Of a DNA stretch of 64,000 nucleotides, positions 1 through 12,986 are shown piece by piece. Source of the DNA: Eledone cirrhosa (lineage: Eukaryota); contig OZ024743.1 of NCBI GenBank assembly GCA_964016885.1, positions 281,976,001 through 282,040,000 of the forward strand, read 5' to 3'. Below the pieces are notes generated by a model. It ran no database searches and was not told the origin of the DNA. It saw only the letters and a program-made list of their open reading frames with translations. Made by a program: the position numbers and the translations under genes. Each line of letters begins with the position of its first letter. Position 1 is the stretch's first letter.

Positions 1-791
1 ACCACCTAGTCTGGGAATCGAACTCACAACCTCCTCACCATTGTGAGCCCCATACCTTCCAAATAGTGAGGTACAGTGTAGAAATTTGTTATTTTAACAC
101 CTCTAATATCTATCTAGGGCGGGTAAAATTCCCGAGATCCATGGACGAGTTCTCTCCAGCGGTCTCTGCCCCTCATTATTGCTGCCATGTCCTGCGTCTC
201 CAACAGACCAGTGTCTGTCCTTAGGGCATCAACATACATTAACCTTGGTCTTCCTCTTCCAGTGTGTCCCAAAAGTCAGCTCAAAAGTGACACAGAGGAG
301 ACTGAGGTTGGCTGGACATGCTCACCAACATCCAGAGTTGACATTGCACTCAGTACTCCTGTGGGAGCCCCTACCTCTAATATAGTGACTCCAATTAAGT
401 ACTGTCTTCGTCTGAGTTAAACCATCCAACACTTCCTAGCAGGAAAAACAGATGTTAAATGATGATGATGATGATGATGATGATGAGTATGTTTTTTTCC
501 TAACCTTTTTTTTCACACTTGTATTTCTAATTTGTGTTTTACCAACCTCCCCAAAACAATCAAAACTACATACCTCACAATGCTTTATATAAACTATATA
601 AACTGCTTTGTTAAGACTAATGCAATTACAGTAGATGAGTTTGAATTTCTGACCATATTTATCAGTAGCCAAGCACCTTGAAAGACCTTGTCCTAGTTTG
701 CAATAAATATATATTTTTTTTATGTGAATGGAGTGAGTGGGAGGGAAAGGGGTAATAAAAAAAATAATTTAGAAATGAAATTTAAATTTAC

Positions 792-1015
792 TTGTGTTGA
801 AGAGAATCCTCCATATGGATTTCTTTGCTTTGTAAGCCACTGTATAGTATTTAAGATTTCTGCAACTGCATCCACACCTTCATCTTGTAAAATACCCAAT
901 ACGATATATGATGTTATCTCTACTTCAGCAGAAGGAGCTTGTCCATATAAGAGCCAAGGGTCAAGTTCATTAGATTCAACTTTTTTGTTGTCTCTGGTCC
1001 AGTAAATATCTCCAT
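792..1015 (-). CDS. A2M: A2M-family TED exon (GDIYWTRD...[14 protein letters not shown]...[16 protein letters not shown])
   Basis: tag acceptor, gtaaat donor, 224 nt, phase 1 to 0; SAEVE.TSY and GGFSSTQ motifs. Absent from the ORF track. Confidence 0.96.
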
Positions 1016-4000
1016 CTATGATTTGATTTTAGTAATAAAAGAATTAAGAAACAAAAACCTATATGGAGAGTGGGGGTGAGGGGAGAAAGAGAGAGAGATT
1101 TGAAGAAAACTAAACAATTTCAAAATATGAATGCATTTGTGTGTGTACGTGTGCATGCGTATGTTGTCATTTTATTTTTAAATATACAAAATGGTAAACA
1201 ATAGGAAGGGCATCCAACTATAGAAACGATGTCAAAATACCAAATGTATGAGCAAGATGTGTTTCTCAGACCCATCTAGTCAGGGACCATGATGACGCAG
1301 CCAATGCAGGCCAGCATAGAAAGTGGACAAAGGGATGGTGATGATGATGATGATGACAAGCCAAATAAGGTAAAAGAAATCGAATAATATAAAATCAAAA
1401 CAGTTTCTTTGAATTAGTCATCATCATTCTCATCTCTTGGTTTCATGAATTTGATTGCATTGAATTTATCTGCGTTCACACAAGCATTTGGCCCTTGAGT
1501 GCCTTTAGTAGAGTGCATTCTAGCCAGGTCAACAGTTAAAAGATGCCTCCTTTCCATAAGTCCCTGAAAAGAGTCATAGGCTCTGTATCTCCCTAATTAA
1601 ACTGTAAAATATTAAAAAAATAGCTGTACAAATGTATTTTTTGGACTGATAATAACGACATGAGAAGTGGGATGCAGCTGGATCTAGGAGTCTTCCTCAT
1701 TGTCAATCCGCTTCTCTCCAATGACACCTCATTCTGTTAGTCTCCTCTTTCAAAGAAGTCATGTCCAAAATGGCACTTTCTCCTCCAGAGCAGACAGTCA
1801 AAGACATCAATTATTCATGAAAAATTATCAATCTTTTTGAATATAAATTGTACATGTCATATTTGTCACAGAACTTGCAAATCTCTTGTTGAGAACAAAA
1901 GCCACATAGATATGTGTGACAGGGTTATGGTGAGATAAAAAAATCTTTTAGAGAAAGTAGCCAGGTTTAAGCCTGAACAGACATTAGTGGTGACAGTGGC
2001 ATGATAATGATGATATTAATCTGGCATGGCTTCAGAACATGACAGCCTACCTGGCCCAGTTGGGCACGGAAAATAGGTATTTAATGATGATGATACGTAT
2101 CCCCTCCCCTTTGCTGCACCCCCAGTGCACCTGTTCTGTTCAACCCTTGCATGCACACATTCCACAGTATACTGCCAAGTACACATCCCTCTCTTCACGA
2201 TTACCCTCATGACATGTCAATTGCTCTCCAACTGTGGGGTATCCCACCATCCTTAGCAAGTAACATGTAACCTGACACTTGTTTTCTCATCATTGCCTAC
2301 CCAGCTGGGTCAAGGACACAACAAACATTCAAATGTCATATTAAGGTAGCACTATTGACATAATATAGTGCACCCAATCCACCCTGTAAAAAGGTCATGC
2401 TAGTAGTATGACAAAAAAGCACCTAGTACATCCTGTATGAGAGTTGTGTTAGTGCCAAGACAAAAAAGTACCCAGTCCACTCTGAAAGGTGGTCATACTG
2501 GCACCACAACAAAAAGCATGCATTCTACCATGTAAAGTGGTAGTGATTGTGCCACAAAAAAAACACCCAGTCCACATGGTAAGATGGTCATATTCGTTCC
2601 ACAACAAAAAGCATTCAGTTCACCCTTAGTATTGGTGCCATGTAAAAAGCTCTCAGTATAGGTTGTAAGCTGATTGGTATTAGGAGGGGCATCCAGCTAC
2701 AGAAAACCAAGCCAAAAACTGAGCATGTGAACAAGATGTGGTCACCTGACCTCATCATGTTACAGATTGTCTAACCCATGAAAACATGGAAAATAGATGT
2801 TAAATGGTGTGATGATGATGGTGGTGGCAGTGGTAGTAATGGTGATGATGGTGATGGTGATGATGGTCATGAGGATGGAGGTGATGGTGGCTTTGTGTGG
2901 CTTTGTGTATATATTCATTCTATAAAGAATTCTGGTTTGATTCTTACCTTGCAGTACAGCACGACTTTTCAATTCTACTCTCAAAGAATTCTTCTTTTCC
3001 TCATTTCCAGTCATAATAAAAGCATAACGCATTAATGCAAGCGTATATGTATCATTCACTTCAGCTTTTGATAAACAGTCCATTGCATTCTTTATCATAT
3101 CCTTTAAAATATAAAAGTGTAAGCTATTATGAAGACAGAAAAACAAAAAGAAGAAATTTACAAAAACCTAACAGAATTTTAATGAGTTTTTTTCACTTTC
3201 CTTTCATCATTGATAAATAAGTTATCAGTCTGAGAGTGGTGGATTGACATAATTTTTAAAGAGTTAATGGTCTCTGATCAGGTTCTGTGCATTGATTTGA
3301 AATCCTGCATCCTTCTGCCAGGAGTTGCAAATAACAGATAGTATCAGTAGTGGAGAGATCAATGGAAATATAGTTTCCTTGGTCCAATCCCACAATCCTT
3401 TCGTTTATTTTTTTTTTTTTTTCAATAAAAGAATAATCAGTCATATGAATTCAGCAGATTTTGAAGAATTAAGGAGACATTTCAAATTTTATTTTATTTT
3501 TCTGCCCATCTGTGAGTTAGTAGCTCTATTTGAGTACTGACCAGTCAGTGACAACAAGTCCAACCCTTGCTAGCAGGGGAAACAGACGTTAAACAGTGAT
3601 TATGATCAACTTCTATCTTGTAATAGAGTGATAGGATAGGAGGGTATGTAGAGGGGCAGTGATGTCAAGTAAGCAGCATGTAGCTTCAAATGTCTGTCTA
3701 TAGTAGCCACAAACTTGTAACGGCGAACTGTTGACGGAAGAGACTTTACTGCAGACCAATTATTGAACTGGTCAGCAGTAAAGGGACTTCAGTTTAGGCA
3801 GATAACAAGACCTGAATTTAGGGGCAGATCGTGCCTCCTTACATTTTGTAAGTGTTTGACACACAATAAACAACAGTGCAATAAATCACTTTTTGTTGTT
3901 ATTTTAAGTATAACTTAACTAAAGCTATACTACATTTCTTATCATTCTATCATTCTGTTTCTCCCTTTCAGACTCATATCCATACTCTACTCTCTTTCAG

Positions 4001-7000
4001 CTCGGCCATTGATACTTTCCTCTCCTAATCACATTCTATGCCATATTTGCCTTCAAAAATGAAAACTATGTAGAGTGGAGAGGACACTTTAACATTTTTG
4101 TCAATCTACCACTATGGACTAGTAATTTACTTTTCATTCTTTCACAGTTGTGAAAATAAAGTTGACCTAAGCACAATTTGAACTCACAAATACTGAATGA
4201 TATTTTGTCCTCACTTTAAACAACTCTGCTGATTTGCAAAATTCCAGAGTGAAAAACTAATATGAGCCATGCAGAATAGCCTCCCTTGTAGATGAATTTA
4301 AACCTCAGTTGCCTTTCTTATATCTTAGTCGGCTGACTTACAGCCAGCAACAATTTCAACCCACATGACTTGTCATGACCAATGCAAACTGTCCATATAT
4401 ATGATCAATATGGAGCAACTTTACCAGTGATTTGTTGTATATTCCCATTTTAAAGAGGCATCTGAATGATGTATTTTACATGTGTAAAACTTCAAGTAAT
4501 GTGTGAGTGGGGAATCACTGACTCTTTACTTATAAATATAAAATTGATACAAAATATTGGGTGCTCTTTCCTTTTGCTTGTACACACATAGACACATTTT
4601 ACTTCCAAAGAAATGACTAACCACACATTTTTTTCCTCAATTTTTCTTCCTTTCTTACTCTCATCTATCTTTCAGAATTGTCTTTAGTGTTCCAATACTA
4701 ATATCAACAGCTACAGATATCATCCTCACAGTAGCTTTCATCACTAACCTTCACACTTCCTTGATGCTCCAGACCTGTGTTCATCCTCAACTTGTTAAGA
4801 AAATCGTTTAAACGATTTGTAGAAACTTGCTTTGCTCATCAATTAATCCCCATAAGCCTCAGCTAACATTCCATAGGCTTCTTGTTTAGTTTACTTAAGT
4901 TTAACACAAAATCTGATGGCATAACGTTTCTCCATGTTACCCTGTATCTTGCCACATGTTGATGAATCAGCAAATCAGATCACATGGGTTCCACTGTGTA
5001 TGCCACTGCACACCAACATAGGCAGATAGGAAGTTACCAGTTTGCCACTTTATACATTATATGTAAGTCTACCTCACTATGAAATAGCATTCTAATTGAA
5101 GAATATTTAATGCCTCTCCTGAAATTTACTCATAACTTATTGAATATACCACATATACACACAGATAGACTGTGGAAGTCTTGAGCAGAAGTGGTAAATG
5201 AGGATCTTAGGATGCTGAACCTCATGAAGGAGATGACAAAGGAAAGAAACTAATGGAGGTGTGTTGTGCAAGAGAGAATTTGTCCAACCCATGCATGGCA
5301 AACTGAATGAAAAAAATGATTATGATGAGAATGATGCAGATAAATACATGCATACACACGCATATATCGAATCAAGTTATTATGAAACATAAAAATACAT
5401 ACCTCCTTTGGAACACCAGCTTCAAGAAGAGCTATTACAACATATGCTGTTAAAGGAATATCACCATTACCTTGTAATCCTCCTTTCAAATAACTACTCC
5501 ACACTTTACCAAATTCGTGAAAACAGCCATTTTCCAATTGGGTATTACTGAACCAGTGTATAATTTTCAATATTATTGATTCATCAATGTAAATAAATTC
5601 TTTGGCCTGAGCAAAAGATTTCAAGACAAATGCAGTGAGCCAAGTGCTTCCTTTTGTGTCACTTTTTCCAAAAGCGCTAAACGTTCCATCATCATGTTGA
5701 TATTGTAATTCTCTTTGGTAGCCTTTAAATGAAATCATTTCACAAGACAAATTAAATTCTCTTAAACAAATGAAAATGATGTATTTTTAATTATCATATT
5801 CTTTGGTGTATACCTAAAAATTTGATGTCAAAATCTGCCTGCATCCTATATATCAAACAAGCAAAATCATTAGTGTGTCAGACTGGATGTCTCATCCTAT
5901 TTGGTCCAGTTCAAATCCCACCAAGTTCTACTTGGGCAATAGACTTAATCCATTGCTTGGTTTAATCTCACTACTTTGACCTTGGGTGCATTTAGTAGAG
6001 TCCATTCTTTTGCAAGCATTTGGTTTCCAGTTTGAACATACTTCCTCCCTCCCAGCAGTCTTGGATGCCCTGAAAAGGGTTATGGGCATTGCCCTTCCTC
6101 ATGAGTAAATGATTCAAAATATCTACTGTGTCAATTATCTCTACAAGAGTACTTGATTTTGTTTTCTGTCTCAGATAATTGTCAGAAGTGTTGTGTTTGC
6201 ATTTGACGTCAGTTTTAATCAGAATTTATATGTAGATGTGTTTTCTCTTCTTGATCATAGCTTTATAGTTTACTTTGACTAGCCACCTTGCTTGAAAAGA
6301 CTTTTAAAAAGATGAACCATTCACTCTTGAAATGTTTAAGTTCTTGCAGATTATCATTATCCTAGCTATCATGACCATCTGTGGTGTATGATTTAGGGAG
6401 CCATGTTCTTTCTCCCATGTGTGTCCTTGAGCGAAACACTTTATTACATATTACTCTAGTCACCTCAGCTGACAAAATGGGTGGTACCTGTGATTTGAAG
6501 GGTCAGGCTTGTCACATTCTGTGTCAAGCTGAATTTTCCTGAAAATCACATTAAGAGTCTACATGTCTGTGGAATGCTCAGCCAATTGCACATTTATTTC
6601 ATGAGCAAATTGTTCAATCATTTGAACAACTGGAACACACATCATCAAAAACAATTTGTTCATCACATGTATGTAGTAATGTTTTTCAATGTACACTGAC
6701 ATTTTTTAATGAACAATAATGATTCAAATCATACAAAAAGAACTAAATAAAATATTTAAAAGTTTTTTGATTTAATTTTTTATAAAATTACCTTTTTCCA
6801 TATATTTAGTGGCTGAAGGAATCAGTGGGGAATCCGTTTTGTTAATAGTTTTTAAATATCGCATAACATAGATATTTGGTACAAATCCGACCATATTCTG
6901 TTCACCACATCCATAAGGCATTTTAACAAGGTTTTCCAGACCAGATAAAGTTGGTCCCATAAGGTCTCCTACAAATGTAATAACATCAGTTAGTTCATCA

Positions 7001-10000
7001 GACAAACAACAATACTTAACAAAGCCTTACAGGTTTCCTACCCTTCATGGAGTCCTTTTTAAGGCAATATTTTACAACCAGATGTACTTTTTGGTGCCAA
7101 CTCTTCTAATCACCTTTTATAACATACTGAGATACAGTATACCTATTCTAAATGGAATACACACAACTTAGTTCATCAGATAATCGATGGAATTTTTTGC
7201 TAAATAAATTAATTGATAATTTGGTATAATTTATATCATATTTTATTTTTATATTTGTTTTGCAAGATTTTTTATGTGAAATCTTGTGTTGAAATAGATA
7301 TTGTTGTACATTTAGAGGGTCATACTGCTGATAAAAGATGATTTGTTTTTCAATTGGATTTTATTATCAATTAATTACACAATTCATTGATTAATTCATT
7401 TGTCAAAGTTCAGAGTTCTTTCATTTAAAAAATCTGACCATATCAATGATGACAGGGACTTTATAAGCTGCTATACCATCAGCACTTCATCTCTGTTCAT
7501 TTCTCAGAGTCCAATCATAGTTTATATAGAAACTTGTAATAGATAACAGTTATGCTAAATCCATGATTTAGCAGAAAATATTTAAAAACAGGTTTGTAAT
7601 ATTTTTATCAACAGATAGATTGTTGTGAACATTTTCAGTAGTAGAATAAAGACATTAATTTTTAATATGACAGTCATAGTGCAGTTTTTTACTTGCATGA
7701 ATGTCTTGCTCATGTGGTTTCATAAAGTACAGGATCATATGAGTAAAAGAGTTATCAGCAATTTTTGAGATTTGACCCTAACAAAAGTATTTAATTTTGA
7801 ATGAATCCAGTTACCAAAGTATAAATAGGTACCACGAGGTGGTGTAGTTCACAGCAAGTGCATTGTCTAGTTGACAAATATTTATTAGCATGTGGTTTGT
7901 TTTTTTTATTTCTAGAGACTCATTCAGCTGGACCTTATCCCATTTGTCTATGCTAGAACAAGGGTTAACCTCGCAAGCTCCATGAAATGTTTCATGCTTA
8001 TAATGGGGTCCTTTTTCAAGCAATGTTTCACAGCACTAACCCTTTTAGTCACCTCTAACAACACACAAGGACACAATGTACTTATTCTAAACTGGGTACT
8101 TAGAACAATATACAATGTAGAAAGAATGTATTAAAAATAACAATTTACCAATAACAGAAACAGAGGCTCTGTGTGAATCTGGTACCAAATGATTTTTCGG
8201 AAGTTCTAACCTAACTGTATCCACTTTCACAGAGTCGTCCTCAGCTGTATAAAAGAAATGTAAAAATGTAAATAAAAGAAGCAGCTATTGAAATTCTTTA
8301 GCAGAGATACAAATTATGTTTTAAATATTTATTCAAAACTATAAAAACAAACAAAACATACATTTGTAATATTTTTTTTATTTTATATATTAGTATGTTA
8401 TGATCAACTAGAATTGTTGTAACATTCATTCCTGCTCTCTGTGCTCTGAGTTAAAATCCTACCAAGATTAACTTTGCTTTTTATCCTTTCAGGGTCAATA
8501 AATAAAATACTAGTCCAGTCCTAGTGTTGATTCATCTTTCTTCTCTTTTTCCTTCACTCAGGAAGAGATCAGTTGTATTCAGACCTGAGAGGGATGAGTT
8601 CTGCCAGGTTTAATATGCCCAAGACATGCCATATGTCTTGACGGTACCCTACAATTCTATCAAGGAGTTGAGGGCTCAAGGCATGAGGTATGTTGACCAA
8701 CCAAAATCCAATAACATCATTTATATTATGTTAACATTTTAATCAAGATTGCCAAAACCAAAATATATGTACACAAGACATAGCCCCCAGACCATATGGG
8801 AGTACAGTAACTCCAATTAAATACTAATGGGAAAAAGACAATGTTAAATGATGATGAGGATTTTGATGCCTATGATGACTTTCATGGAGGTAGTCTCAAG
8901 TAAGTTGGCATTAAAATGTTCATTGAAAGTATTTTTATGTGACTAGTTGCAGTAGAGGTTGACCAGCAAGATTTGAGAAGTTATATTAGGTCTGCGATCA
9001 TGAAGCTTTACAAATGATACATTTGTGAAATATATGAAGTGAAGTTGTCTTCTAGACCTATCCAACTTATACCACCTCACACTTATGCAGATTTAACTGG
9101 CTTCCTATGAGATTGCATCTCATTGAATGTTTCTGTTTTTGTTTTGTTTTGTTTTGTTTTTATGAAAGGGGCCCCAATCCCCAAGAAGACATGCACTGTC
9201 CAGTACATGGCTTTATGATCATGAGTCCAACACCCTAACAACTAAGCCATGCCCTATCTGCGTCTAGTGACAAAGAAGAGGTGCAGAGGGCTTTCATACA
9301 GTTCTCACCCACTTTATTTTTCTCACAAAGTTTTAGTTGACTCATAGCTAAAATAGCACAGTTACCCAATGTACCATTCAGAATGAATAGATGGCAAAAA
9401 TGACATGAAAGCATAAACAGGATGAAATACTTACCTCTTAAACAAAAGAAGGAGTTATATGTGTATTCTCTGGGAAGTCCTTCAGCCTATAAAGAATAAT
9501 AAGTTTTCATTTTAAAACCAACAAAACTGTTAACAAATTTAGCACTTAACATCCTATAATGATTGAGCAGAAAATATCTAAAAAGATTGTTAATTAAAAT
9601 GTTTATAGTATCTTTACTAATAGATAGATCATTGCCAAACATAGGATTGAGAAGACCTTTCAGTTGTGTCAAGGACATGAAAACCTTATGCAGGGTGATT
9701 TTTAACATAATCTGCCTGTGTCGTTGTCTGTTCATGTATTTTCATATAGTTTACAAAACTGGCTGTAGAGAGGACACAGTGATAGAAATTGCAATTTCAA
9801 TAGTCAACATTTACAAGCCCAACCAACTCACCGTTTCTTAGAGTCTATTTGAACTCTGCTTTTGTTTTTGTTTTATCCAATAGTTGACACCTCCAATTTA
9901 ATTGTCTTTCTCCATTTGTTATGCTCAAGAGTTTGCTTTTCCCATTGATTTATATCTAAACCCAGACATTTTACATTTTCCTTAATACAATCTTTGCTAT

Positions 10001-12954
10001 GGTCTTTTTCCTTGCACAAACTTACCATAAAAGATTTTCTTTCGAAGCCTTGCAACAAGATGCCTTACCCAGCGCATCTGACTCTTAATGACAAGGGAAC
10101 TGATTGTAGAGTACCACAATCTTTGTAAAACTTCTGTATCAAGTGTCATGCCATTTAATACCTAGTATCTGCTGAAGGCACATTTGGTGGAATCTTTCAA
10201 AAAGTTTGAAATGCCACTTGGGAGTGGCCCATGCTTCATACCTATACAACAAAACTGTAAGCACATGTGCCTCATACTGAGTTATTTTGGTCTTCATTGT
10301 CTCTGTCTAACCGCACCCTTTTCACTAATTTTCCGAAAATAGTGCTTGCCTTCTGTACTCGAAGATGTATTTCTGCATCATCAGCATAGAAAGGTTCTTG
10401 AATGAACACATTGAATGTCAAAGCTTTATTATTAAATCTTCTTAAATTAAAGACTTGCCCAGATGTTCAGAAATGCAGGTTCATGCCTTGATTACAGTTG
10501 GGAAATGCATAAGCAAGGAGAATGGCAAAGTATATTGCAAATAGAGTTGGATTAGGAATGTCCCCTTGCTTAACACCATTGTCCACAGAAATTTGTTTTG
10601 AGAGTTTTCCAATAAATACAATCCTGGCCTTCATGTCTAGATGTAGGTGTTTGAAGATCTGCAAAATTTCTATGGATAGCCTAATTTACTAAGAATGATC
10701 CATAAGGCTTCTCTGTTGACTATATCAAAAGCTTTAGTCAATTCGATAAAACTTGATATAAAGGTATGTACTGTTCCACACATTTTTCCTGCAGCTGTCT
10801 AGCCAAGGAGATCATATCCACTGTCCCACTTCCTGCTCTGAAACCAGAATGAGTTTCTAGAACATTGGTTCCCAACCAGGGGGCCATGGCCCACCAGTGG
10901 GCCATCGCTAGTTATTGGGGGAGCCACGGGAATTAACTAAAAATCACAAAATTTCATACATAAAAAAGAAGAGTAGTTTCCTAACATAATTTTTTTCTTT
11001 TTCTTGCTTCAAATTTTTATATTCAACTTTTTATCAACTTTCTACCTTTTCTAATTATGATTTCACTTCACTTGATAATTATTTAAATCTGGATATAACA
11101 ATTTATGTTTTAGTAAATAAACTTAGTAAAGAAACTTATTTTTATAACAGGATATATATTATTTATTTTAGTAAATTTTAGTAAAGTTTATAATAAATTT
11201 AAAATGATTTGACTGAAATAAAAAGACACTCTGAAATTATTTCTACATAAAAAAATTATATCAAAAATTTAAATTTTTTTTTTTGGGGGGGGGGATACTG
11301 TTTTGCTATATCATTAAGGGGGAATTTATTATAAAAGGTTGGGAACCGCTGTTCTAGAAGAATCAGTAGACATATATTTTCTGAAAGGTGATTCAGCATC
11401 AGCCTAGATATTACTTTTCCAACAGATTCTAGTAGTGATACCATGGAAGTTGTTACAGTTGGATTTTTTCTTTATCTTTATAAATGGTGATCAAGATTCC
11501 ATCAAACCAGTTTTGTGGTATTGGTGCCCCTTCCCAACATTTCAGGATAAGTGCATGGATAGCCAATGATGTGTGAACACCTCCAAGTTTCGACTGGAAT
11601 GCTATCTAACCTTGGTATCATCATCATCATCATCACCGTTTAACGTCTATCTTCCATGCTAGCATGGGTTAGACAATTACTTGTGAGGTTGCCATTCTGA
11701 TTTCTCCAATACTTTGGTCAGCAGAAAAAAAGTAAAATTTTGTGGGCTAGTGTGCTATCTCTTGTAGCTATTTAAAGGCAACATGCACTTTTTGAGACAC
11801 TGTTGACCACCAATCGTTTTTCATCACTTCTCATAAATACATACATGATGGCTGCTCCCTCGTTATCAAGTATGGCCACTGCACGATATACCATTATTAA
11901 TAATTATTAATTAATTCTATCCTGCAATGCCTGTGCATGAAAATTTTTTTTAAAGTGAGGAAAGACTGTGCACTGAGCCAATCCCACCCTCTGAGCGACA
12001 GTAGCTTTCACCGGAAAAGAAGAAAAGATCAACATCATCGGTAACTACTGAGCCGCAGGTTTTATGTCGGAGTTATCCCAGTTTCCTGAGTTGCCTTCTC
12101 CTAGAAGAATGCCCTGACAAAGGCTAGGGTTCCTTCACTCCCAGTGGTTTAACCGTGCGATCAGGTGTCCAGCCCAACTATTTCTATGTCTCCATGCATA
12201 TACATACACATAAACCCATGCATATACACATATACATATACATACATATGTACATATGTATACATATTTACACATTTTTGGATGACCGTTGACTCTTATG
12301 AGTTCTTCCGCCCTTTGTCAGGTTTTGTTTCTTGTCCTACAGGGTGTCCAAAATCACCCTCCTCATCAAGTAAACTTGGTGGAGTTGCCGGCTTAGTCAC
12401 CGATGATCCAACCATGCGACAGGTTGTACTGGGTTACATGTTACCAAACATACATACACACTGGTCAAGTTCAGGTTTAATGGAGCCAGAGGAATATCCC
12501 TGACCATCAACAACTCAACAGAATTCAGAATGGAAAGTGTCAACACAAGTACCACAAGGATTCTTGTTCATTTCTCCTCAGAATTCTGTCAATCTTTCCC
12601 ACTAGACTAGTATTTCATCTGCATTGGAAGGCAAAGTTGATCCCAGTATGAGTTGAACTCGCTCAACCACAGTCATCATCATTTTTGCTTTGTTTTCTGT
12701 GCTGGCCTAGTTTGGACAGATTGTCACATTCTGAGACTAGATAAGTCTGAGGACCACACCATGCTTATATGTTCCATTTTGGAATGGTTTCTACAGCTGG
12801 ATCCCTTCCTATTAATAAATCAATAAAGTACTTACTGTTGTAAGCAATTTCCTTGATAATCTATCTTCTGATTTCTTCTTGAGCTGTGATGCTTTGGAAT
12901 CACAACTAGATTTCTTATTCACAGCTTTAGCCTATGAAAATAATAATAATGATG

Positions 12955-12986
<32 letters not shown>

